Source: Geosiphon pyriformis uo1 (Eukaryota > Fungi > Glomeromycota). From it: a stretch of 64,000 nt of DNA. Under the pieces are notes generated by a model. The model was not told where the DNA came from, made no database searches, and worked only from the letters and a program-made list of their open reading frames with translations. A program made the position numbers and the translations under genes. Shown piece by piece: positions 26,701 to 39,329 of this stretch (position 1 is the stretch's first letter; each line of letters begins with the position of its first letter). The DNA lies in NCBI GenBank assembly GCA_016748015.1, contig JAAOMT010000531.1, forward strand, positions 1-64,000. Reading direction: 5' to 3'.

Positions 26701-27489
26701 GTCTCAATTGCCAATTTCATTTATGAAGATATTATCTGTTGCCACAGCTGCCCCAAAGAACTTTTATCTGATAGAGGAAGAGCTTTTCTCAGTACACTGG
26801 TTGAAGAACTTTGCAGAAAAATGGGAATACATTATAAACTCTCTTCCCCTTATCACCTCTAAACAAATGGCCTAGTGGAACATTTCAATAGAACACTATG
26901 TGAAACCCTAACCAAAACCAGTGAAGAAACCAACCTATGGGACAAAGTATTGCCTTCAGCCTTGTTTGCTTATAGAACTGTGAATCATGACATAACAAGT
27001 TATGAACCCTTTTATTTGCTCTATGGATGAATGGCAACTCTACCAATAGAAACGGATATAGAAACAATACCTTTTGAAGAAATAACAATAGGGGATTACA
27101 AGGATATTTTGCAAAGAAGACTTGGTATCATTCTTGACTCATTAGTAGAAGCACGGATAATTGCCTTTGAAAAGATAAAACAGTTCCAAGAGAAGCTCAA
27201 AAAGAAAAAGACCTATAAAACACTTTTCTTAAGTGTTGATGACTTAGTTTTAGAATACTGTTCAGACAGAGACAATGTCTATGGTGATAAATTCTCTAGC
27301 CGGTGGAAAAGACTCTTTATAGTCAACAAAGTTTTGAACAATGGTTCTTATATCTTACAAGATCAATATAGAACAATATTCAGTGATTGCCCTGTTCATG
27401 GCATGCAACTCAAGAAATATCACAAATGATCTGATTGGTTATCTGTTGTGGTAATACTGACCCAAATGATCAGCAAAAATTAGATATAA
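23757..27489 (+). pseudogene. pol: Gypsy pol of G4
   Basis: DSG protease, RNase H TDASG, integrase GIDVVGP / SDRG. Confidence 0.93.
25102..25476. other. Assembly gap
   Basis: Run of N. Confidence 1.
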
Positions 27490-27530
27490 ATAAATGCACC
27501 ATTCCCAAAACAGAGGTATCTTCAATTGAC

Positions 27531-28165
27531 ATGAACAATTATTTCCTGGATCAAAACATTCAAAACGCTTTCTATATTCTCCATGAGTATTGGATCAAGA
27601 ACTATCCAAATGCTACTCTGACTATCAGAAAACAAACCACTATAACAGACAACAGTGGAACTTACACTGTTATTAGACCAAAGAAAACAACTACCAGAAG
27701 AGAAAGAATTGGTGGCAAAATGGATAAATATCTGCTGGAAAGCATAACAGCAGTAATACTTTCACCTTCCAGCACAATTGGAAAAACAATACAAGAAATC
27801 TTGTCTATAGACAAAAACTTGTCATATGGAAGACAACTAGAACTCTATGGTCGTCTTGGTGAAATCATAGAAGACATGAAGCTTATGAAGAAAACAACTT
27901 CAGAGATACAAGTGGAAATTTTGGGCATTATATGATTGGATGTCCCAAGAGTTTTGACCATTACTAGAAGAGCCAGAACTCTAATACAAAGCTTATTTCG
28001 TCTCAAGTACTATATACTCTATCCACAAAAGACTTTAACAAACTAGTTAGTTTTGAGTTAGACAAAACCCTTTACATAGACTATCCCATAAATAGTTTGA
28101 TTTCGCCGGAGCTTAATCTCTTTGGAGAGGATGATGTTATGATTGAAACACATAGTTTTTATTAA
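27531..28165 (+). pseudogene. Gypsy ORF3 of G4 (premature stop and small deletion)
   Basis: MNNYFLDQNIQNAFY homologue. Confidence 0.8.
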
Positions 28166-28872
28166 TTATCACATGTATTAGCCACTGATGTCATATAATT
28201 AGCCACCCTATTTTTAGATAGTGATTGTTGACCTGATCAATGACCTGACCATTGACCTGATCATTGACCTGATCATTGACCTGATCAATGACCTGATCAA
28301 TGACCTGACCATTGACCTGATCATTGACCTGATCATTGATCTGGTCGTTAACCATTTTAGATAGCTATATAAGCGATGATTCCCTTAGCTGTAGAAAGAT
28401 ATAATCAAAGTAACGAAATAAACAATATTAATTACTTCCTCTCATAATTGCTTATTCCTCTTTTCTTACCTTTAAGTATCTACTTGTTGGCATTCACATA
28501 TCTTATCTTTTCCCCTTCTTGATTTGTATTTGTTAGAATTAGCCTGAGAAGCAATTGGTTTGCTCTTATAATTCATTGAATAAAGAAACAATTGAAAAGT
28601 ACAACAATACCTGTTATTGATTCTAAGAATCGCTGAGTTGAGGCATAGAATAATAGCAGTGGTGTTATCTTGTTGACAATCACGGACTATTCCTCTACCT
28701 TCAGATTTAAGAAAAGATTAGCGACTGTGATTTTTATGAGACTGATCACGCACATTGAATTCCTACTTATTCAATTCACTCTTTTATTGTAATTCCTTCT
28801 TTGTTTATTTCCATCACCATACAATACTGTTCTCCCTTACTATCCGTTAGCTTGTTACTCCAACCCATAACA
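28135..28872 (+). repeat. 3' LTR of G4 (738 bp), with ~10 tandem 12-bp units
   Basis: TGTTATGA..CCATAACA; matches 21713-22235. Confidence 0.95.
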
Positions 28873-31800
28873 CTATCGATGTCAACGCTTTGCAGTGATG
28901 ACCTTCAGTTCCTTGGAATCTTTGAATACTGCTGTTTCAAAAACTGGTACCTTACATGGCTGCCACATCTGGTGGAAAACTCCTGGATGTTGTTGCTGCT
29001 ATAGATGTTAAAGTTTGGATTATTTGGCTGTGGACTGCAAGGTGTTGCCACCTCTCCCTCCCAAACTCTCTTCTAATTCTGCTGGTGGTCCCATTATTTT
29101 CAAGTCATCCCTTGTTGGAGCTAAATCTTATGCCAAAGCTGCCACCTCTGTGGTTCCTCTTGTTGCTGCTGCTGCTGATACAGATCTGGCTTTCAGTACC
29201 TCTCCCAAAGTTGTGGTGCCACTGTTGCCAGTTGTCTCCTCTGGTTCAGATGTTGCTGTTAATGCTAGGTTGGCTTCTCTGGAAATCCAACTTAGTGAAT
29301 TGTCTTTGTTGATCAAATCTATAGTTGAGCCTGTGGGTTTTTTGGTTGCATTGGTTACTATGTTATTGTCTACTCCACCAGTTATGGCTGAGACAATGAA
29401 GGAAAGTGTGATTGGATTGGAAAACCAAATTAAGGCTGTTTGTGCTGTGGCTTCTGTGCTGCAAAAAAAAGTGGGGGCCCTCAAGTTGAGAAGTGAGAAG
29501 GTACACTATAACATATCTGATAATGAAGACATGGATGATGATGATAATGATGATGATGATGATAATGATGATGATAATAATAGTAATGCTAAAAATTTTT
29601 TGGTTTATGATGATACATTTGATGTGATGATGGAGTTATGAGAGATTCAATTTTCTAATATCAAGTCCGATCCAGATCAGACTGTTAAGTGGATGAGCAG
29701 TCTTGTTAAGAGTATTTAGGACTTTCCACTTGTGGTTAGCCACATCTTGTAATATGTATTATTGGATGAGCTGGCTTTATAAAACTGCCACATTACTGTG
29801 GAATAACTAATAAACAACCGGCATGGCTACACATTAACAAAAAAAAAAAAAGAGAGAGCAGCCACAGCAAACCAATATGATAATGAATACAAGTTCCAAA
29901 TTATTGGTGGCTACCTCCAAGGCTCTCCTGCTACTTGGTTTTTACAAGAAACCAATGCCAATGCTCAACAACAAATTATTAGATGAGCACCAGCAAATGC
30001 TGGAGAAAACAACACCTCTTTCACAATTTGGTTTGAATTGAAATTTAGAACTCTTATTTTAATATCCAAATGACGTATGGAATTAGAAAAAAGAACTCAA
30101 GGCCCTGGTGAGATTGTGACAGAATATGCCAAAGCAATAAGAAAACTCATTAAACGGGTAGACTCTGATAGAAATTGGACAGAAAAGCAGAAAATACATT
30201 CTTTTACAAAAGGATTAAGAACTGATTTATCATATGCTTTTTGGCCTCTTTTGGCTTTAAAAGACAACCCAACAATAGATATGGCTATTGAACTGGCACA
30301 AAGAATTGAAGATAACCAAAGGATGCATTTGGAATCTACACTTCCAGTTTTTGCTTCTGCTCCTGTCATGGCTCTTGCCCCTCAAATGGCTGCTGTCTCT
30401 TTTGCTGCCCAAACTCAAGATTCAAATGAACAATTAATTGATAGACTCACAGCCAATCTTGTCCAGTTATTAGAACCTTTGGCATAAGCAGTTAGAGATA
30501 ACCAACAACCACAAAGACCCAGATATGAACCATGTTTTAATCAGCTCCAGCAACCTCCTTATCAAAGACAGCAAAATCGTGGTCCTCCTGTATGTTATAG
30601 ATGTGGATTAACTGGACATTTCTCAAGAAATTGCAACAATTCTTCTTTACCTCCTCCAGTCTCCAGAAATAATGACAATCAAAACAATAGACCTATCAAC
30701 AATAATGCTCCCAATCAAAGACCCAACCATACCAACATCAATTTCTTTGGAGAGGATCCTCTAGTTGAAGCCACAGTCTATCAGCCTTTAAACTGGTAAA
30801 TGCACCTCCAAAAGATAAGAGTACAAGCCAACCAGAAAAAAATCCCTTTTTCACTTTTAACTTAACTGATGATGACTATGACATGGATGAATTAGCAATT
30901 AACACTTCTGAATCAACCAGAAAAAAAAAGAAAGCCAAGGTTGATTTCATTCTAGATTCCAACAAAGTCTCAACTTCCACTGCTGATAACAATGAGCCAC
31001 CAAAAGCCAAAGTTTTTAAGAATCCTCCAAAGTTGGAACCCCCAGAAATTGTACAAAAATCTGGACCCTATTCTGTTGTCAAAGATCTTATGGAAACCCC
31101 AGCACACATTACTTTTGGCCAGTTAATGACCCATCCACAGTTCAGAAAAAGTCTCCACAAATCTTTAATCTCCAAGAAGAAAACACCAAAGACCAATAAA
31201 TACCCTTGCCAAGCTGGACTTACTGACAACAGCAATGTTACTCCTTTAATTTGCAAAGCACAAGTGGCTGGTTACTTCATTGACTTAATCCTAGACAGTA
31301 GATCATCTGTTAGTGTAATTGCCAAACACTTCCTTGAAGCAATTGGCAGAAAAATTGATAAGTCTTCCACCCGACCAATGACCAATGTATATGGTGACAA
31401 AAAGAAAGGTCTGGGCATTGCCAAAGCTATTCCTGTCTGCATCAATGGCATCAGTATTAAAACTGACATGGAAGTTTTTGAAGCTAAAGAATACACTATC
31501 ATTGTTGGCAATGAGTGGCTCAAGAAAGCAAAAGCCTTACTTGACTATGAACTTTGTGAGCTAACCATAAAATGTGGTGAAAAATCCATTGTGGTTAAAT
31601 GTTGCCATTAGACAACTCCTCCAGCAACCAAACAAAATCAAAAAGATGAGCAATCAGAGAAATCAGATGATGAAGAGAGTGATGAACAAGATGAACAAAA
31701 AGAACAAGAAGAAACTGCTAAACTTGCCTACACCACTTTCACCAGCAATGGCAAGCCACTAGACAATGTTAAAGCTGATAGAGAGGGAATCATTGTAAAT

Positions 31801-33044
31801 GGCAAGCTGATCTGCTGGCCCTACTATGATATTCTAAGAAAAGCCTTTGACCAAAAGCCTGGCAAGAAAGCCAAATACAGTTATTGGTGGCATGGTCCTT
31901 GTGCCTGGTGCTGGTGCAATAAACCTTTGTATTCTCCAAGTAATGAATGCAAATCATGCCTGATCTATTACAAAGATTGGGAACCAATTAGCCTAATACC
32001 AAGAGATAAATTAAAAGAAATACAGAAGTTCTTTGAGAATAAACCACCTGAAATCCAATCATTAGTAGTAAAACAAAGAGAACTCTCCCCAGAAGAAAGA
32101 AAGATAGACATTGAAAATCTGTTGGCAAGAAACAGCCCAGTTATCTCAAAAGAAGATGATACCCCAGGATGAACCCATGTGATACAACACACCATCACCA
32201 CCAGAGAAACTCACCCCATCTATTTGAAGCCTTACCAATCCAATCGCCGAAATAATGAGTTCATCAAAAAAGAAATAAACCAGATAAAAAAACTTGGATT
32301 CATACAAGAAACCAAGAGTAAATGGGCTTTCCCAATTGTAGTGGTATCCAAGAAAGATGGAACCCTATGCTTCTGTGTTGACTACCACTGATTAAATGCC
32401 ATCACTGAAAGAGACATGTACCCACTTCTCAAGATTGATGCAATGCTGAACCAATTCAAAGATGCTGCTTTCTTTTCAACCATTAATCTAACTGCTGGAT
32501 TTTGGCAAATAGAGATGGATCCAGAAAGCTGGAAGAAAACTGCCTTCATCACCAAGTATGGCACCTATGAATTCACAGTCATGCTTTTTGGTCTCACCAA
32601 TGCCCCTTCCACCTTTCAACACTTAATGGATAAAGTATTTGTTGGCCTTTTCCTGTTTGAATAATTGTAGTATTTGAAGACTATTTGTATAAACGTGACT
32701 GAAGAGCACAAGTTAATACCTGATATTGAATTCTAAGAGCACTGACATGAGGCATAAAATTATACCAGTAGTTATCAATTGTTGACAGTATGGACTATCC
32801 CTCTACCTTCAGATTCCCTTGTTACCTTTTGAAAAGAATAGCAACTGAGATATTTTATGAGACTGATCTTGCACATTAAATCCATACTCATTCAATTCGC
32901 TCATTGAAGTTGAATTCTCTTTGATTATTTCTATCACCCTACAATCTTGTTCTCCCTTGCTATTCATTAGCTTGTTACTCCAACCCATAACATAAAAGTG
33001 GTGCTTCCTGTGAGGTTGTCAAAGTCCACTTTGTTTTCTATTGT

Positions 33045-34583
33045 ATGGGTGATTATTCATACCTGCCACAACAATCAGAAGAACACTTTAAAGCACACAA
33101 CAAAAACAATCTAGACTTTATTGAACTCAATTCTTTGTCATCCTGCTTGATTTGCTTCCCTCTTGAAGAACAATCCAGTAGACAATTCTAAAACTTTTGG
33201 AACTGGTTCCTGAACAAGCATTCAGCTGAAACCTATACAGCTTATACAATCTATTACTTTGACCAAGCTTATTTTGAAAATGACTTTGAAGAAAGAAACA
33301 ACAGTATCAATCAACTCTTATATTCTGCAATCTTTGAACAACAGCCCCCTGATTTCGAATATCTGAATTATCAAATCCACATTTGGATTGCTGCCCATCA
33401 AGCAACTGAAACTCCCTTTGAAACAGAAGAAGAAAGCTACCAAACTGCCTCTGTTTTTGACCTTTTATCAAGCGAATCAGACTCGTCTACACAAACAGTT
33501 ACTCCTGAACCAATGGCTAATGACTCCATGCAAGCAAACATTCTGGCCGCCCTCCAAGGTATACAAACTGCTCTAGAAAGAAGAAACAATACCCCACTAT
33601 CACTATTTAGAGGTGATGCACAAGATCTAATTAAATAGTTGGATGATTTTGAGAGAGCTGCCACAGCCAACCAGTATGATGAAGAATACAAATTCCAAAT
33701 TGTTGGTGGCTACCTCCAAAGCCCCTGCTACCTGGTTCTCACAAAAAACAGATGCCAATGCTCAACACAGAATAATCAAATGGACACCAATCAATGCTGG
33801 AGAAAAAAATACCTCTTTCACTACCCGATTTGAGGCCAAGTTCAGAACCCCAATATTAATATCCAAATGGCACATGGAATTGGAAAGAAGAACCCAAGGC
33901 TCTAGAGAAGTAGTGACTGAATATGGCAAAGCTATTAGAAAGGTAATCAAACGTGTAGACTCTGGGAGAAACTGGACAGAAAAACAAAAGATTCATTCCT
34001 TTACAAAAGGATTAAGAACTGATTTATCTTATGCTCTTTGGCCTCTCTTGGCCCTGAAAGACAATCCTATAATGGACATGGCCATTGAACTTGCCCAATG
34101 AATTGAAGACAACTAAAGAATACACTTCCAGTTTTTGCTCCTGCTCCTGTCATGGCTCCTGCTCCTCAAATGGCTGCTGCTTTTTTTGCTGCCCAAACTC
34201 AAGATCCAAATGAACAATTAATTGATAGACTTACAGCCAATCTTGCCCGGTTATTAGAACTTTTGGCACAAGCAGTCAGAGATAACCAGCAATCACTAAG
34301 ACCTAGATATGAACCTCGTTTTAACCAGCCCCAGCAACCTCCCTATCAAAGACAGCAAAATTGTGGCCCACTTGTGTGCTATTATTGTGGATTAACTAGA
34401 CATTATTCAAGAGATTGTAACAATTTTCCACTGCCTCTTCTAGCTCCCAGAAACAATGACAACCAAAGCAACAAATCCAACAACAACAACAATGTCCCTA
34501 ATCAAAGACCCAATCATGCCAACATCAATTTCTTTGAAGAGAATCTTCTAGTTGAAGCCACTGTTTATCAGCCTTTAAACTAG
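33045..34583 (+). pseudogene. gag: Gypsy gag of G5
   Basis: ATG GGT GAT TAT start; stops and frameshifts; degenerate CCHC. Confidence 0.9.
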
Positions 34584-37500
34584 TAGGCACACCTCCAAAG
34601 GGTGAGAGTGCAAGCCAACCAGAAGAAAACCCCTTTTATGCTTTTAACTTAACTGATGATAACCATAACATGGATGAACTAGCAATCAACACCTCAGAAC
34701 CAACCAGAAAAAAGAAAAAAGCCAAGGTTGATTTCGTTCTAGACCCCAATAAAGCCTCAACTTCTGTTGCTAATAACAATGAGCCACCAAAGGCTAAAGT
34801 CTTTAAGAATCTCCCAAAGTTGGAACCCCCAGAAATTGTACAAAAATCTGTACCCTATTCCATTGTTAAAGCTCTCATGGAAACCCCAGCACATATTACC
34901 TTTGGCCAGTTAATGCCCCACCCACAGTTCAGAAAGGATCTTCGCAAATCCTTAATCCCAAAGAAGAAGACACCAAAAACCAACAAGTGCCCTTGCCAAG
35001 CTGAACTTGCTAACAACAGCAATGTCACCCCTCTGATTTGTAAAGCCCAAGTGGCTGAATACTTCATTGACTTGATTCTGAACAGTGGATCATCTGTTAG
35101 TGTCATTGCCAAACACTTCTTGGAAGCAATTGGTAGAAAGATTGATGAACCTTCTATCAGACCAATGACCAATGTACATGATGACAAAAAGAAAGGACTG
35201 GGTATTGCCAAAGCTGTTCCTGTCTGCATCAATGGAATCAGCATTGAAACTGACATAGAAGTTTCTGAAGCCAAAGAATACATCATCATTGTTGGCAATG
35301 AATGGCTCAAGAAAGCAAAAGCTTTGCTTGATTATGAACTTTGTTAATTAAGCATCAGATGTGGTAAGAAACCCATTGTGGTTAAGTGTTACCATTGAAC
35401 AACTCTTCTAGTACCCAAACAAAACCAAGAAGAAGAACAATCAGATGAATCAGATGATAAAGAGAGCGATGAAGAAGAAGAACAAAAAGAACAAGAAGAA
35501 ACTGCTGAACTTGCCTATACCACCTTCACCAGCAATGGCAAACCACTGGACAATATTAAAGCAGACAAAGAAGGAATCATTGTAAATGGCAAGCTAATTT
35601 GCTGGCCTTATTATGATATTCTTGGAAAAAAAATCTGGCAAAAAAGCCAAATACAGTTTTTGGTGGCATGGTCCTTGTGTCCAGTGTTGGTGCAACAAAC
35701 CCTTGTATTCTCCAAGTGATGAATGCAAATCATGTCTGATCTATTACAGAGATTGGGAACCAATCAGTTTGATACCCAGAGAAGAATTAAAAGAAGTACA
35801 GAAGTTCTTTGAGAATAAATCACCTGAGATCCAATCACTGGCTGTAGAACAAAAAAAACTCTCCCCAGAGAAAAGAAAAATAGACATTGAAAATTTGCTG
35901 GCTAGAAATAGCCCAGTTATTTCTAAAGAAGGTGATACCCCTGGACGAACCCATGTGATACAACACACCATTACCACCAGAGAAACTCGCCCCATCCATT
36001 TGAAATCTTATTAATCCAATTGACACAATGATAAGTTTATTAAGAAAGAAATAAAATGAATGAAAGATCTTGGATTCATACAGAAAACCAAGAGTGAATG
36101 GGCTTTCCCAGTTGTAGTGGTACCCAAAAAAAATGGAACACTACACTTCTGTGTCGACTACCACTAATTAAATGCCATCACTGAAAGAGACATGTACCTA
36201 CTTCCCAAGATTGATGCAATGTTAGACCAATTCAAAGATGCTGTTTTCTTCTCAACTATTGACTTAACTGCTGGATTTTGGCAAGTAGAGATGAATCCAG
36301 AAAGCAGAAAAAAAACTGCCTTTATCACCAAGTATAGCACCTATGAATTTACAGTCATGCCTTTTGGTCTCACCAATGCCCCTCCCACTTTTCAACACTT
36401 AATGGATAAAGTATTTGAATCAGTCAAGGAAAACTTTGTTCTAGTCTATTTGGATGACATAATGGTATACTCAAAAATCTGGAATGAACACCTAGAACAT
36501 TTGCAAAAGGTTTTTGACCTCCTCAGAAATGCTGGCCTCAAGATCAACCCAATCAAATCTTTCTTTGGAAGACAATCCACCCAGTTCTTTGGTCATCTTA
36601 TCACAAAAGATAGAATCTTTCCTGACCCAGCCAAAGTTGAAAAAGTCCAAAACATTAAACAACCAATGAACATTCATGAACTATGCTCTTTTCTTGGTTT
36701 GGTCTCTTATTATTGCAAATTTTTCAAGAATTTCTCTAAAATCGCCTCTCCTTTCAATCAGCTACTTAGGAAAAATGTCAATTATCATTGGGAAACACAT
36801 CAGCAAAAAGCCTTTGAAACTTTAAAGGAAAAACTGGTTACAGAACCTATTCTCAAGCAACTTGATCTAGATCGACCCTTTATCCTCCACACTAATGCAT
36901 CTGGCTTTGGACTTGGTGCTGTTCTCTCCCAGAAAGATGAAGATGGCAAAGAACATGCCATAGTCTATGCCAGTAGAACTCTTTCCCCAGCAGAACAGAA
37001 CTATTCAGTTACTGAACAAGAATGCTTAGCAGTAGTATGGTCTACCAGTTACTGGAGTAAGTATCTTCTTGGTGTGAAATTTTTGGTGGTAACAGATCAA
37101 GCTTTGGTTTGGCTGCACAACAAAAAGAGGCTAGAACACAAATGGATAACTCGCTAGATACTCCACTTGGATGAATTTGACTATGATATTCAACATCACA
37201 AAGGAGCTAATTATCAAAATGCCAACATTCTCTCCAGACTTACCACCCAGTGACAGTAAACCTTCTCAAAACCAAACCAACCTAATTATTAGTAACTCCC
37301 TCACAACTACACATGATAATGAACTTAGACAACTACTCTACACTAATGGAATTTTTGGGTAAAAGACAATACCCACCGAAATAAACATGACAACAAAGAG
37401 AACAATTGCACAAACAATCAAATTTTTATTTGATCCGCCAGAACTAGTTATACAAAAGAAATAGAAAAGATCCTGACTGCCCTCAAAGAATCATCAGATT

Positions 37501-38631
37501 TGAAGAAAGAGAAATTGTGATCTACAATATACACACTGATCCATTAGCTGGACACTTTGGAAAAACAAAAACAATTCAGAAAACTCTAGCTTGTTATTAT
37601 TGGCCTACCTTGGGAAAAGACATTGCTGAGTACATCAAAACCTGTGATACCTGCCAAAGAAAAAAAAACCCAATCGCAAAGAAGATATCCATCCAATCTC
37701 TGTTGGTCAACCATTTGACAGAATTGGCATAGATATTGTTGGACCTTTGACAATAACTCCTGATGGCAACAGATACATTATTACAGTTACTGACTATCTT
37801 ACAAAGTGGGTAGAAGCAAGAGCCATCCCAGACCAAACAGCAGTCTCAATAGCCAATTTCATATATGAAGATATCATTTGTCGTCATGGCTGCCCCAAAG
37901 AACTTTTATCTGATAGAGGAAGAGCTTTTCTCAGTACATTAGTTGAAAAACTCTGTAGAAAAATGGGAATATGTCACAAACTTTCCTCCCCTTATTACCC
38001 CCAAACAAATGGCTTAGTGGAACGTTTTAATAGAACATTATGTGAAACCCTAGCCAAAACCAGTGAAGAAACAAACTTATAGGACAAAGTACTGCCTTCA
38101 GCTTTGTTTGCTTATAGAACTGTGAATTATGACATAACAAGTTATAAACTTTTTTATCTACTCTATGGATGAATGGCAACCCTACCAATAGAAACTGACA
38201 TTGAGACAATACCCTTTGAAGAAATAACTATAGAGAATTACAAAGACATTTTGCAAAGAAGACTTGGTACCATTCTTGACTCCTTAATAAAGACACAGAT
38301 AATTGTCTTTGAAAAGATAAAACAGTTCTAAGAAAAGCTTAAGAAAAAGAAAACATATAAAACACTTTCCTTAAGTGTTGGTGACTTAGTTTTGGAATAC
38401 TGCTCAGACAGAGACAATGTCTATAGTGATAAATTCTCTAGCCAGTAGAAAAAACTCTTTATAGTCAACAAAGTTTTAACCAATGGTTCTTATATTCTAC
38501 AAGATCAATATGGAACAATCTTCAGTAATTGCTCTGTTCATGGCACACAACTCAAAAAATATCACAAACGACTTGATTGGTTACCTGTTGTAGTAATACC
38601 GACCCAAATGATCAACAAAAATCAGATATAA
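34574..38631 (+). pseudogene. pol: Gypsy pol of G5
   Basis: Protease, MPFGLTNAP / YLDD RT (36192-37157), RNase H, integrase SDRG / PQTNGLVERFNRTL. Confidence 0.95.
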
Positions 38632-38672
38632 ATAATTGCACCATTCCCAAAACAGAGGTATCTTCAATCGAC

Positions 38673-39329
38673 ATGAACAATTATTTTCTGGATCAAAACA
38701 TTCAAAATGCTTTCTATACTCTCTATGAGTATTGGATCAAAAACTATCCAAATGCTACTTTGACCATTGGAAAACAAACCACAATAACTGATAACAGTGG
38801 AACACATACTGTTATTCAACCAAGAAAAACTACCACCAGAAGAGAAAAAATTGGTAGTAAAATGAATAAGTATTTGCTGGAAAGCATAACAGCAGCAATA
38901 CTTACACCTTCCATGACAATTGAAAAAACAATTAAAGAAATCTTGCTCATAGACAAAAACTTGTCATATGGAAAACAACTAGAACTCTATGGTCACCTTG
39001 GTGAAATCATAGAGAAAATGAAGCTCATGAAGAAAACAACTTCAGAGATACAAATGGAAATTTTGGGCATTATACAATTAGATGTCCCAAGAGTTTTGAC
39101 CATTGCAAGAAGAGCCAAAACTCTTATACAAAGATTTGGTCTCTTGGATACAAAGCTTATTTCACCTCAAGTACTATATACCTTATCCACAAAAGACTTC
39201 AACAGACTAGTTAGTTTTGAGTTAGACAAAACACTTCAAATAGAATATCTCATAAATAGCTTGATTTTGCCGGAGCTCAATCTCTTTGGAAAGGATAATG
39301 TTATGGTTGAAACCCATAAATTTTATTAG
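38673..39329 (+). CDS. Gypsy ORF3, 218 aa, intact
   Basis: Open frame from MNNYF to ETHKFY*, ending inside the LTR. Confidence 0.75.
   Translation: MNNYFLDQNIQNAFYTLYEYWIKNYPNATLTIGKQTTITDNSGTHTVIQPRKTTTRREKIGSKMNKYLLESITAAILTPSMTIEKTIKEILLIDKNLSYGKQLELYGHLGEIIEKMKLMKKTTSEIQMEILGIIQLDVPRVLTIARRAKTLIQRFGLLDTKLISPQVLYTLSTKDFNRLVSFELDKTLQIEYLINSLILPELNLFGKDNVMVETHKFY

Larger units (their letters stand above)
21713..28872 (+). mobile_element. Full-length Gypsy G4 (divergent LTR subtype)
   Basis: Paired LTRs, TSD CTAT 21709-21712 / 28873-28876, gag/pol/ORF3. Confidence 0.95.
20348..29851 (+). mobile_element. ORF1-only retroposon, subfamily B, copy H3, split by G4 (parts 20348-21712 and 28877-29851)
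   Basis: ATG at 20372; poly(A) 29839-29851; 15-bp TSD GAGAGAG(A/C)AGCCACA 20315-20329 / 29852-29866. Confidence 0.9.
18980..32640 (+). mobile_element. Gypsy G3: 5' LTR, gag split by H3/G4, pol truncated in RT
   Basis: LTR 18980-19656, PBS 19663-19679, gag 19709-20329 plus 29867-30799, pol 30787-32640. Confidence 0.9.

Noticed and set aside
28226-28353. CRISPR-like array
   Set aside because: Contiguous 12-bp units without spacers, inside eukaryotic LTRs
38450-38631. Chromodomain at the integrase C-terminus
   Set aside because: Pol stops shortly after the GPF/SH3-like region; no chromodomain motif is visible
38673-39329. ORF3 as a retroviral envelope
   Set aside because: Too short; no signal peptide, transmembrane segment or Cys pattern
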